In this document: piece by piece, positions 55,135-63,532 of the stretch
Layout of the letters: each line of letters begins with the position of its first letter
Numbering within the stretch: the stretch's first letter is position 1
Source of the DNA: Candidatus Poseidoniales archaeon
GTDB lineage: Archaea > Thermoplasmatota > Poseidoniia > Poseidoniales > Poseidoniaceae
Assembly (NCBI GenBank): GCA_038116375.1
Contig: JAYNUQ010000006.1
Coordinates: forward strand, 5,176-69,175
Direction of reading: 5' to 3'
Length of the DNA stretch: 64,000 nucleotides
Notes under the pieces: model-generated
Databases searched by the model: none
Told to the model about the DNA's origin: nothing
What the model saw: the letters and a program-made list of their open reading frames with translations, nothing else
Position numbers and translations under genes: made by a program

Positions 55135-55139
55135 TATAA
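55135..55139 (+). promoter_or_regulatory. TATA-like box (gGTATAAGg) about 26-29 nt upstream of the PaaA-like ATG, implying a leaderless mRNA
   Basis: TATAA lies at 55135-55139 and the ATG at 55164. This spacing matches the usual archaeal TATA-to-TSS distance. Confidence 0.4.
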
Positions 55140-55163
55140 GGAGGTCGGGGTTCACCTTGAACC

Positions 55164-56324
55164 ATGGACAACCTACCGAAGACCTGGGATGACTGGATTG
55201 AGAATTTCAAAGCGTGGCAAGACAACGTCGGCTACGACCGAGAATGGATGGGGGATTTTGACCTCTCCATCCAGTTTGACTGGGAACGCGCTGGAGACGT
55301 TATTGAATTCGGTGACTACGCTGGACGAGCCAAGTGGGAGCGCTCGCTACAAGTGCCCCACCAGAGCATGCGAGACGCACTGGTCAGCATGATCACCGTT
55401 CAGGGCGACACCGAATTCGCCTCCGTCGAACAGCAGCGCCATCTCCTTGCCACCGCTCCCACCGATTACGACCGCTACGCAGCAGCCCGCATCATGGCGG
55501 AAGAGCAGCGACACGGCTGGCAAATGGCCTACCTTCTCATGACCTATTTCGGCCAGCAAGGGCGACGCGAGGCACAGAAACTCCTCGAGCGAAACGCCCA
55601 GGACGGCGACCGCCTGCTCGGTGCGTTCAACCGCCCCATGCCGCACTGGCTGGATTTCTTTTGCTACACCATGTTCGTCGACCGAGACGGCAAATTCCAA
55701 CTTGGAATGCTCTCCACATCGGCGTTCAAGCCACTCGCCGCCAGCATGGGCCCCATGCTGAAGGAAGAGTCCTTCCACTTGGGAACCGGTTCCAACGGCC
55801 TACGACGCATCATCAAGGCGGGTGTGATTCCCCTTGACATGCTTCAACGCTACATCAACAAGTGGGTCTCAACCGCACACGATTTGTTTGGCGTGGACGA
55901 GTCCTCCTCCGCCCACTGGGCGTATGTTTGGGGCATCAAGGGACGCTGGGACGAGCGAAAGAAGCTCGAAGGCGACATCGAGGTTTCAAAGGAAACCCTC
56001 AACGAAGAAGCCCGTCAGCACTACCACGATGAAATCGTGGGTGAAGTACGCAAACTCTGCGGCTACCTCCCCGAAGGTGCAGCAGACCTGTACGTGCCTC
56101 ACGAAAACTTCCACCGTGAGATCGGTGCCTTCAAGCGCCAACGCTACACCGTTGAAGGAACCCTCTTCGAAGGCTCCGACGATGAATGGACGACGTACAT
56201 GGCAAACCACCTCCCCACCGCTCAAGACGAAGAGGACCTGAAGGAACTCTTCGAGCAACAATGGGTGGCTGAAAAGCCCATGACGGCCCGCCAAATCGCC
56301 TCCGGCATTGGCGCCAGCGCCTGA
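55164..56324 (+). CDS. PaaA-family di-iron oxygenase (phenylacetyl-CoA epoxidase subunit A-like)
   Basis: Two ExxH ligand motifs, MAEEQRHGWQ and LKEESFHLGTG. The latter is the characteristic KEESFH of PaaA. Confidence 0.7.
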   Translation: MDNLPKTWDDWIENFKAWQDNVGYDREWMGDFDLSIQFDWERAGDVIEFGDYAGRAKWERSLQVPHQSMRDALVSMITVQGDTEFASVEQQRHLLATAPTDYDRYAAARIMAEEQRHGWQMAYLLMTYFGQQGRREAQKLLERNAQDGDRLLGAFNRPMPHWLDFFCYTMFVDRDGKFQLGMLSTSAFKPLAASMGPMLKEESFHLGTGSNGLRRIIKAGVIPLDMLQRYINKWVSTAHDLFGVDESSSAHWAYVWGIKGRWDERKKLEGDIEVSKETLNEEARQHYHDEIVGEVRKLCGYLPEGAADLYVPHENFHREIGAFKRQRYTVEGTLFEGSDDEWTTYMANHLPTAQDEEDLKELFEQQWVAEKPMTARQIASGIGASA

Positions 56325-56330
56325 TGCGAG

Positions 56331-56876
56331 GTGGGTTGGATGATTCCCGTCGCTCTCTACGGCGTGGACGCTGAAATGTGCGAGCGCTTCTTTGATGACT
56401 TGCCCAGCCTCGTAACCGATGCTTACGAAGACCGTTCTTACATTGAATCGCTTTATGCGGTTCAAGCAGACCAGTCCATCGAGCACATCAGCATCGCCGA
56501 TCAATGGTCCGAACGTACACCGTTTGCATGGCCAGAAGACATCGTGAACGAGGTTGAGATGGTGTTGCGCACCACGACCTATCCCGACGTATCGTTGCTT
56601 GAACACCTCATGACCCTTGACGGTGTGGACGCCCAACGCATCTCGGAATGGATGCATTTCTCCACCAACCTCTTCCCAATCTACTCGGAAAAGGCTTGTC
56701 AAACCCTTCAGAAAATGGGCCTTGACACGCCGTACAAGCCCGATGACATTGCAAGTTATGGCCTGTATGTCAACAGAATTGAAGGCCTCAAGCTCCACGC
56801 CCCAGCAGCAGGACTACCGGAAATCGGGCTTCCCCGAACCCGCATGCTGCAGTTGGGTTTGGAGCGATTCGAATGA
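56331..56876 (+). CDS. hypothetical protein
   Basis: GTG start 6 nt after the PaaA-like stop (alternative ATG at 56340). There is an ATGA overlap with the next gene. No motif recognised. Confidence 0.55.
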   Translation: MGWMIPVALYGVDAEMCERFFDDLPSLVTDAYEDRSYIESLYAVQADQSIEHISIADQWSERTPFAWPEDIVNEVEMVLRTTTYPDVSLLEHLMTLDGVDAQRISEWMHFSTNLFPIYSEKACQTLQKMGLDTPYKPDDIASYGLYVNRIEGLKLHAPAAGLPEIGLPRTRMLQLGLERFE

Positions 56877-57796
56877 ACAACGCTGGCATTCACGCTCGAC
56901 TGGTCATCGTTGCCGCCATATGGGGACTGGGCTGGCCAGCTGGCCGTGTCGTCGCTGCCGAGGTTGAACCCATCACGGCCGCGTGGATTCGCTACGTGAT
57001 GGTCGTGGTGTTGTTTCTTGGATTCCTTCGATGGACCAACCAGTGGACAACGCCGTCCAAGCAACAGTGGAAGCAAGTGGGGTGGATTGGTTTCTATTCC
57101 ACGTTCATGTATCAGGTGCTGTTCATGAACGGCATGGGATACACGGCGGCAGGTGATGCATCCTTGATGATCACGTTCAACCCGTTGTTCACGGCCTTTC
57201 TCGCCGTGTTCCTGCTCGACGAACGGATGACGTGGCGATTGCTGTTCGGACTCGCCCTCGCCTTTGCCGGAGTTGCCGTCCTCTTTGTGGCCTCACCGAA
57301 CACGGACATTCCGACGCTTGACCGATGGATTGGAAACGCGTTCATCGCAGGTGCGGCATTGGCTTGGGCCACCTCGACCATCATCATGAAACGGGTCATG
57401 ACCGATGTTCCTGAGGACGCCGAAGAACCGTTGAGCCCCTTGCTGCTCACGGTGTGGTCATCCGTCATCGGATTGGCTATTCTCACACCCTGGGCTGGAT
57501 TTGAATCGCTGAGCGCTGGCTGGACCATGCCAAGCCCGGACGCTTGGGTGGGTATCGTGTTCCTAGCGGTCTTCTCAACGGTGCTGTCCTATGTCTGGTT
57601 TGCCGATGGCATCAAGGTCATTGGGGCTGGGCCAGCGGCCTTCTATGTCTACCTCGTACCGCCGTTTGGTATTCTTGGTGGCTGGCTCCTCCTCGACGAG
57701 CAACTTGGGCCGTCGCTCCTCGTGTCCTTTGCCCTCATCGTCGGCGGCGTCGTGCTTGCACAATCCAAACAGAAAGGCGCCGAGCAAGCATCATGA
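56873..57796 (+). CDS. DMT-superfamily (EamA-type) transporter
   Basis: Ten predicted TM helices in two EamA-like halves. Confidence 0.8.
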   Translation: MNNAGIHARLVIVAAIWGLGWPAGRVVAAEVEPITAAWIRYVMVVVLFLGFLRWTNQWTTPSKQQWKQVGWIGFYSTFMYQVLFMNGMGYTAAGDASLMITFNPLFTAFLAVFLLDERMTWRLLFGLALAFAGVAVLFVASPNTDIPTLDRWIGNAFIAGAALAWATSTIIMKRVMTDVPEDAEEPLSPLLLTVWSSVIGLAILTPWAGFESLSAGWTMPSPDAWVGIVFLAVFSTVLSYVWFADGIKVIGAGPAAFYVYLVPPFGILGGWLLLDEQLGPSLLVSFALIVGGVVLAQSKQKGAEQAS

Positions 57797-57818
57797 AGGT
57801 GGGCTTGCTGCACGAAGT

Positions 57819-58709
57819 ATGGCCATCGAACGCGTCGCCGTTGTTGGAGCAGGAACCATGGGAGCCGGCATCGCTCAAGTGTGCGCCCAGGCTGGATGGC
57901 GAACCAATCTCTACGATGCCTTTCCTGAAGGTCTTGAACGGGGCATGAATCGGATTGCCGCTTTTTGGGAAAAAGGCATCGCGAGGGGCAAGACCACACC
58001 CGAACAGCGGGACACATGGTCGTCCAACCTCACGGCCGTCAACGATCTCGCTGCTGCCGTAGAGGGAGCCGATTTGGTCATCGAAGCCGTGCCCGAACTT
58101 CCCGACCTCAAGCAGCGTATCTTTGCCCAGTTGGACGAGCTTGCACCCGCACATGCGGTCCTTGGAACCAACACATCCTCTCTCTCGATTGCCGATATTG
58201 CGGCGGCGACCTCACGGCCGGAAAAGGTCATTGGAATGCATTTCTTCAATCCCGTTCCCATCATGAAATTGCTTGAGTTGGTTCGCCATGAACGGACTTC
58301 AGAAAGCACCATCGCTGCCGCCCAGGAAGCCGGACAAGCCATGGGAAAAACCTGCATTCTCGTCAAGGACATTCCTGGTTTTGCGACGAGCCGTCTCGGC
58401 GTCGTGTTGGGTAACGAGGCCATTCGGATGCTCGCCGACGGGGTTGCGAGCGCGAAAGACATCGATACCGCCATGGTCCTGGGCTACAAACATCCAATGG
58501 GCCCGTTGGCTCTTACCGACCTTGTGGGGCTGGACGTTCGTCGCGACATCTTGCTGAACCTCCAGCGTTCGTTCAATGACGAGGCCTATGCACCCCATCC
58601 GTTGCTGGAACACCTTGTGGCCGAAGGAAGGCTTGGCAAGAAAACCGGCAAGGGGATTTACGACTGGTCATCAGGACAGGCTGAAGAAACGGACCTTGAC
58701 GGGTTTTGA
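57819..58709 (+). CDS. 3-hydroxyacyl-CoA dehydrogenase (NAD-dependent)
   Basis: RVAVVGAGTMGAGIAQVCAQAG, HFFNPVPIMKLLE, and the C-terminal dimerisation domain YKHPMGPLALTDLVGLD. The ORF opens at 57591 inside the transporter gene. Confidence 0.9.
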   Translation: MAIERVAVVGAGTMGAGIAQVCAQAGWRTNLYDAFPEGLERGMNRIAAFWEKGIARGKTTPEQRDTWSSNLTAVNDLAAAVEGADLVIEAVPELPDLKQRIFAQLDELAPAHAVLGTNTSSLSIADIAAATSRPEKVIGMHFFNPVPIMKLLELVRHERTSESTIAAAQEAGQAMGKTCILVKDIPGFATSRLGVVLGNEAIRMLADGVASAKDIDTAMVLGYKHPMGPLALTDLVGLDVRRDILLNLQRSFNDEAYAPHPLLEHLVAEGRLGKKTGKGIYDWSSGQAEETDLDGF

Positions 58710-58745
58710 GACAAACATCAAGTACAGCAAGGCCAAGACTAGGAC

Positions 58746-59645
58746 ATGAGTCAACCCAACATCACCCCGTGGGGAGCCATCGCTGACGCCGCTGATGGCG
58801 AACCCGAATCTCCCGCAGCACCATCGGTCTCTCAAGCGGACATCACGGGTCCAACCCCGACCATGATGCAGCAAATCACGCCTGAAATGGTGGCTGCAGG
58901 CTACCAACCCGGCATGTCGGGCCAAACCATCGTCGTTGGTGGTGATTCAAAGGGGCCGAAAGTCCCGCTGATCATCGCTGCGGTCCTGATTGGTTTTGGG
59001 CTGCTCGGATTCATCATCGGTGCCGTCGCCGGTGCTTCAATCGAAGACACCCTTTTGGGTCTTTCAACCGAAGAATACACCACAGAACTCGGCACCAACG
59101 GTACCTTGGTGCACGACGACGCCGACAATGCTGGCGAGGAAGGCTGGTACCTCTTGATTCCTGGCGACGCGAAAGCAGATGAAAACAAAAACGGCATCAT
59201 TGACGCCTGTGAAGGCATCAATTTCACCGTCCTCGACGGCAATGGTGATGATGCAAGTGAACGGGTGGCCCGAATCTCGTGTTCCACCGACATGAGCGAT
59301 GAAGACAGCAACGCCTACGAGCCTTACTTCGATATCAAAGACCATGTCATTGTTGCACGCATTTGTAACACCCTTCCCGACGACATGGGCGAAAGCGAGC
59401 ATACCTGCAGGGTCGGTGAGACCCTCACCGTATCCAACGATGCTGGTCTCAACATGTCCGTGGTCGACCTTGATGAAATGTTCATTCCCGTTATTGAAGA
59501 ATTGATTGGGGTTGGAATTCTTTCGGGCGGCTCCTTCTTCGCAGGCTGCTGTTCTCTTTGCGGGGGCCTTGTCGCCCTTGTTGTTGGACTCCTGCGCTTT
59601 GGTGGAGGAAACAAGCAGCCGAACGTGCAGTTTCAAATGAACTGA
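58746..59645 (+). CDS. hypothetical membrane protein (two TM segments flanking an acidic extracellular domain)
   Basis: TM helices VPLIIAAVLIGFGLLGFIIGAVAG and a C-terminal segment GGSFFAGCCSLCGGLVALVVGLL. No family recognised. Confidence 0.6.
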   Translation: MSQPNITPWGAIADAADGEPESPAAPSVSQADITGPTPTMMQQITPEMVAAGYQPGMSGQTIVVGGDSKGPKVPLIIAAVLIGFGLLGFIIGAVAGASIEDTLLGLSTEEYTTELGTNGTLVHDDADNAGEEGWYLLIPGDAKADENKNGIIDACEGINFTVLDGNGDDASERVARISCSTDMSDEDSNAYEPYFDIKDHVIVARICNTLPDDMGESEHTCRVGETLTVSNDAGLNMSVVDLDEMFIPVIEELIGVGILSGGSFFAGCCSLCGGLVALVVGLLRFGGGNKQPNVQFQMN

Positions 59646-59646
59646 T

Positions 59647-60426
59647 TCAGTCAAACTTCGGTGTTCGCTTCTCCAAGAACGCAGCCACGCCTTCTCGGAA
59701 GGCCTCTGTCGTTCCGGCGGCCTCAATAAGCGTCCGCTCGTGGTCCAGATGCGTTGAGAATTCATTGTCCGTTTGTACGTGCAAAAGATGCTTGGTCGCT
59801 TCCTTGGTGTGTTGGCCCCACGAGGACCAAACGGTGGCCAAACCGATGGCCGTGTCCATCAGCGAGTCGGGTTCGACCAACACATCAATGGCTCCGTATT
59901 CGTGCGCTTCCCGACCGGACCAGACCTCGTTTTGCATGAAGAAGCGGCGAGCACGCTGCTCGCCCACAAGACGAGGAAGAAGCCAGGTCGTACCGCCGTC
60001 GGGCGAGAGCCCCATGCCAGCATACGAGGCCGCCATACGGGCATCATTGGTGCCGACACGAGCATCGCACGCCAAGGCAAGGCCGAGCCCACCGCCAGCT
60101 GACACACCGTTGAGAGCAGCCACCACGATCGTGGACGAGGTGCGCATGCGCTGCAGGAGCGGGTGGAGTACACCCGTGAGGTTGCGAATCAGTTCTGGAG
60201 CGGTGTTGGATTCGATTGAATTCTGAAAGGCGTTGATGTCAGCGCCAGCCGAGAAAAAGCGCCCGTCCCCCGTGAGTACGATGGCCTTGGTCTGTGCATC
60301 CTTGAGGCCGTCGTCGATGGCCTTCGCAATCGTGGGCAGGAAGGCCATTGAAAACGACTGTGTCGATGCCTGACCCGCCATTTTGATGAGACGAATGCGG
60401 TCGAATTGCTCAATTTCAACGGCCAT
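59647..60426 (-). CDS. enoyl-CoA hydratase/isomerase (crotonase) family protein
   Basis: GRFFSAGADINAF and LNGVSAGGGLGLALACDARV. Confidence 0.88.
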   Translation of the reverse strand: MAVEIEQFDRIRLIKMAGQASTQSFSMAFLPTIAKAIDDGLKDAQTKAIVLTGDGRFFSAGADINAFQNSIESNTAPELIRNLTGVLHPLLQRMRTSSTIVVAALNGVSAGGGLGLALACDARVGTNDARMAASYAGMGLSPDGGTTWLLPRLVGEQRARRFFMQNEVWSGREAHEYGAIDVLVEPDSLMDTAIGLATVWSSWGQHTKEATKHLLHVQTDNEFSTHLDHERTLIEAAGTTEAFREGVAAFLEKRTPKFD

Positions 60427-60435
60427 GATGCCACC

Positions 60436-61872
60436 TCACAACTTCACGTTGACGTTCTTCACTTTGGTGTAGAAGCGAAGCGCATCTTGGCTCTGCTCAA
60501 CACCGATACCCGAGTGCTTCCATCCTGTGAACGCCGTTTGTGGGAACGTGATGGGGTACTCATTGATGGAGACCATGCCGCACTCAAGGTCGCGTGCCAA
60601 GCGGTGGGCTCGTCCAATGTCGTTGGTCCACACCCCGTTCAGGAGGCCGAAGGGGGTATCGTTCGCCAACTCGAGGGCTTCTTCATCCGAGGAAAACGAG
60701 GTCACGGAGAGCACGGGCCCGAACAACTCGTCCTGGAACAGCAGGTGGGCTCGGTCAACGCCCGTGACGACGGTGGCTTCCATGAAGGCTCCGTCCCTGT
60801 CCAGCGCCTTTCCACCCAGGACCACGGTTCCACCTTCAGCGAGACCGGTTTCCAACTTTTCCAACACCTCTGCCCGATGACGTTCATGAACCAAACTGCC
60901 CATGCGAACGCCCTCTTCCATGCCGGGCCCAACGGGCCACTTCGAGACTTCAGCACAGACGGCAGCAACGAGGTCGTCGTGGACGTCCTCATGCACCAAG
61001 AGACGGGAACCGGCCCAGCACATCTGTCCAGCGTTCATGAAGATGCCAAAGCAGATGGCCTTTGCAGCGTAGCGGAGATTGGCATCGGGGAAGACGATGT
61101 TCGCACCCTTTCCACCGAGTTCCAAGGTGACCGGTGTCAGTTGTTCACTGGCTTTGGCCATGACCGTTTTTCCAGTCGGAACACCGCCCGTGAGCACGAT
61201 ACCGTCCACGCCCGGATGACCGGCCAGCGCATCGCCAGCCAGTGCTCCTGAGCCGGTCAGCACCTGAAGAACGCCTGTTGGGAGACCCGTCGCTGCTTCA
61301 TCCATGGCCTTGCACCAAGCCAACAGCGAGAGCGGGGTCCACGAAGCGGGCTTGGCGATCACCGTGCAACCCGCTGCAAGGGCGGGTGCGATGGAACGTA
61401 GAGCCAACTGGAGCGGGAAGTTCCACGGAACGATGTGAGCCGTGACGCCCAAGGGTTGGCGCAGGGTGTAATTCAGCCGGGCACCGGGGACGGGGATGGT
61501 GCTGCCCTCGATTTTGTCAGCCAAGCCTGCAAAGTATTCGAACGTCCATGCTCCGTACCGGATTTCAGAGAGGGCTTCGCGGAAAGTTTTGCCGTTGTTC
61601 GAGGATTCAATAACGGCCAACTCCTTCGCTTTGGCGTAGGTTGCTGCTGCCATTTTGTTGAGGATGCGTCCTCGCTGGGCAGGGTCCATGGCTTTCCATT
61701 CGGGTTGATTCAAGGCGTTTCTGGAGGCTTCAACCGCACGGTTTACATCGTTGACCGTGGCTTTTGGAACCTGCGCCATCACTTCACCCGTTGCGGGGTT
61801 GAGCGCATCGGTCGTCTCTCCGTTCTCTGCAGCGCACCATTCTCCGGCAATCCACATCTGTTCTTCGGCCAT
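60436..61872 (-). CDS. NAD(P)-dependent aldehyde dehydrogenase
   Basis: VTLELGGKGANIVF and FMNAGQMCWAGSRLLV (catalytic Cys), plus the C-terminal GWKHSGIG. Confidence 0.92.
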   Translation of the reverse strand: MAEEQMWIAGEWCAAENGETTDALNPATGEVMAQVPKATVNDVNRAVEASRNALNQPEWKAMDPAQRGRILNKMAAATYAKAKELAVIESSNNGKTFREALSEIRYGAWTFEYFAGLADKIEGSTIPVPGARLNYTLRQPLGVTAHIVPWNFPLQLALRSIAPALAAGCTVIAKPASWTPLSLLAWCKAMDEAATGLPTGVLQVLTGSGALAGDALAGHPGVDGIVLTGGVPTGKTVMAKASEQLTPVTLELGGKGANIVFPDANLRYAAKAICFGIFMNAGQMCWAGSRLLVHEDVHDDLVAAVCAEVSKWPVGPGMEEGVRMGSLVHERHRAEVLEKLETGLAEGGTVVLGGKALDRDGAFMEATVVTGVDRAHLLFQDELFGPVLSVTSFSSDEEALELANDTPFGLLNGVWTNDIGRAHRLARDLECGMVSINEYPITFPQTAFTGWKHSGIGVEQSQDALRFYTKVKNVNVKL

Positions 61873-62009
61873 GAAACTTCCAAACCAAGACGCTTCAAAG
61901 GGGCATCGGTGGGACGCTCCGCTGCGAAACCCCAGCCATCGACCAAAGCGAAGACAGAACCCTCATGTGCTCAAGCGGCTCAGTGCACTTCATGACCACG
62001 AGGGTGGGG

Positions 62010-62654
62010 ATGGCCCAAACAACCGCTCGGGCCATTTCAACGCGTCCGCCCCGACTGCTCATCATCGCTGGAGCGACCGGCGTTGGTAAATCAACGGCGG
62101 CGGTGGGCGTGGCCCAACGAGCGGGGTTCACCCGGGTGATGTCAACCGATGCCATCCGCGAAATCATGCGAGCAACCGACAGCGAGCATCAGCATGAGGC
62201 TCTGCACCGCTCATCGTTTTCCCGAGGCAGCAGCGGTGAGCCGGTGCTGGACTGGAACGAGACCTGCTTGGCGGTTGAGGCGGGCATTTCTGCTACGCTG
62301 GAGCGGGCCCGCCGTGAAGGCATTGACCTGCTGCTTGAGGGCGTTCACATCATTCCAAGCGCACGGTTACTCAAGGCATGGGAAGACGCTGGCGGTGTTG
62401 CTCTGGGCGTGGTCATGGTCGTGGACGAAGAACGAACCCACCAGAACATGCTCAAATCGAGAGATGCACATTCCTATCGTAGGTCCGACCGATACCTGGC
62501 GAATTTTGGTCGTATCCGAGCCATCCAGGAAGGCCTCATTGAGCGGGCAAAAATCGCCAACTGGCCGATGGTAGACCCCGCACGGGTTGACAACGATGTC
62601 GAACGGATCTTCACCTTGCTCAACCGTGCCATTGACGCTTATCACGAGGATTAG
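62010..62654 (+). CDS. 2-phosphoglycerate-kinase-like P-loop protein
   Basis: LLIIAGATGVGKSTAAVGVAQRAGFTRVMSTDAIREIMR is the typical COG2074 pattern. The ORF opens at 61965. Confidence 0.65.
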   Translation: MAQTTARAISTRPPRLLIIAGATGVGKSTAAVGVAQRAGFTRVMSTDAIREIMRATDSEHQHEALHRSSFSRGSSGEPVLDWNETCLAVEAGISATLERARREGIDLLLEGVHIIPSARLLKAWEDAGGVALGVVMVVDEERTHQNMLKSRDAHSYRRSDRYLANFGRIRAIQEGLIERAKIANWPMVDPARVDNDVERIFTLLNRAIDAYHED

Positions 62655-63088
62655 ACGTCCAGCGTGAAACGCACGTCGTAATTGAGCATCGCTTCACCGT
62701 CCGACACACCGAGTTCCGCCGTGACGGCGATGGTGCTGCTGTCAATCTCCGTCAGGACCATGTTGGTCAACTTGATTTCAACACCCCGTAATTCGCCGTG
62801 GTGGAGCAAATCGTCGTGAACGGTATCAAAGCCCAGCTCCGCCGCCTGCATCGGCTCCAAGCCTCCTTCGATCCACAGGTCCATTCGGGCCTGCGTCAAC
62901 GGTTGGATGGTGTCCAGCACCTGTTCCGTCGTATCGATGACGTCGTCGGATGCGGCCTCATGGGGCAGGGTCAATCCTGCCACCTTAACCCCAAAGATAG
63001 CCATGGAAAGCAACGACATGAGCAAGACCACTCCTGTGGCGAGAAGCATCTGCCCGGCTTGTGATTCGCTCAGCGAAGTGGAGCGCAT
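62651..63088 (-). CDS. small secreted/pilin-like protein with an N-terminal hydrophobic (class III-like) signal
   Basis: The sequence from MRSTSLSESQAGQ into MLLATGVVLLMSLLSMAIFG resembles a prepilin-type leader. The start shares one base with the upstream stop (TGATG). Confidence 0.5.
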   Translation of the reverse strand: MRSTSLSESQAGQMLLATGVVLLMSLLSMAIFGVKVAGLTLPHEAASDDVIDTTEQVLDTIQPLTQARMDLWIEGGLEPMQAAELGFDTVHDDLLHHGELRGVEIKLTNMVLTEIDSSTIAVTAELGVSDGEAMLNYDVRFTLDV

Positions 63089-63528
63089 CAAGCACCACCT
63101 CCACGAGCCCAGACGTCGAGGGTCACGGTCCAAACGTAGGGGCCGATGACGACGAGATGATGAACGGCTACGGTGCCTCCAGAAGGCGTACCTACCGTAC
63201 CGTGAGGCGTGGCGACAGAACTGTCTTTGGCCAGCCAGCAATTCGCTTCTTTTCCTGGAGCAACGGCGGATTGAAGCAGTTCACACGCCCCTTCGCGTTC
63301 GTCCTCGGCCAGCAATTCCTCGAGGCGGTTGTCGCCCTCGATTTCAGCCTCGAGCCCCAGCCCGTAGCGAATGGCGTCATCACCTGCCATCTCGAGTGAG
63401 GAGTCAAGGGCCACGGAAGCAGAGTCGGGAACATGAACGCGAATCAAGAACGTGGCCGACATGAAGAACAGCCAAAACAGCGTGAGCATCTCCAAAATAT
63501 GGATCTGCGCCTCTTCGTCATGACGCAC
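63088..63528 (-). CDS. small pilin-like/hypothetical protein
   Basis: The GTG at 63528 lies 4 nt after the FlaJ/TadC-like stop. A charged N-terminus (VRHDEEAQ) is followed by a hydrophobic helix (IHILEMLTLFWLFFMSATFLI). Confidence 0.45.
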   Translation of the reverse strand: MRHDEEAQIHILEMLTLFWLFFMSATFLIRVHVPDSASVALDSSLEMAGDDAIRYGLGLEAEIEGDNRLEELLAEDEREGACELLQSAVAPGKEANCWLAKDSSVATPHGTVGTPSGGTVAVHHLVVIGPYVWTVTLDVWARGGGA

Positions 63529-63532
63529 GGCC

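Noticed and set aside
55986-56798. 270-aa minus-strand ORF, together with 60406..61251 (+), 20828..21532 (+) and 9771..10586 (-)
   Set aside because: Each is antisense to a confidently identified gene (PaaA-like, ALDH, PKS KS1 domain, M28 peptidase).
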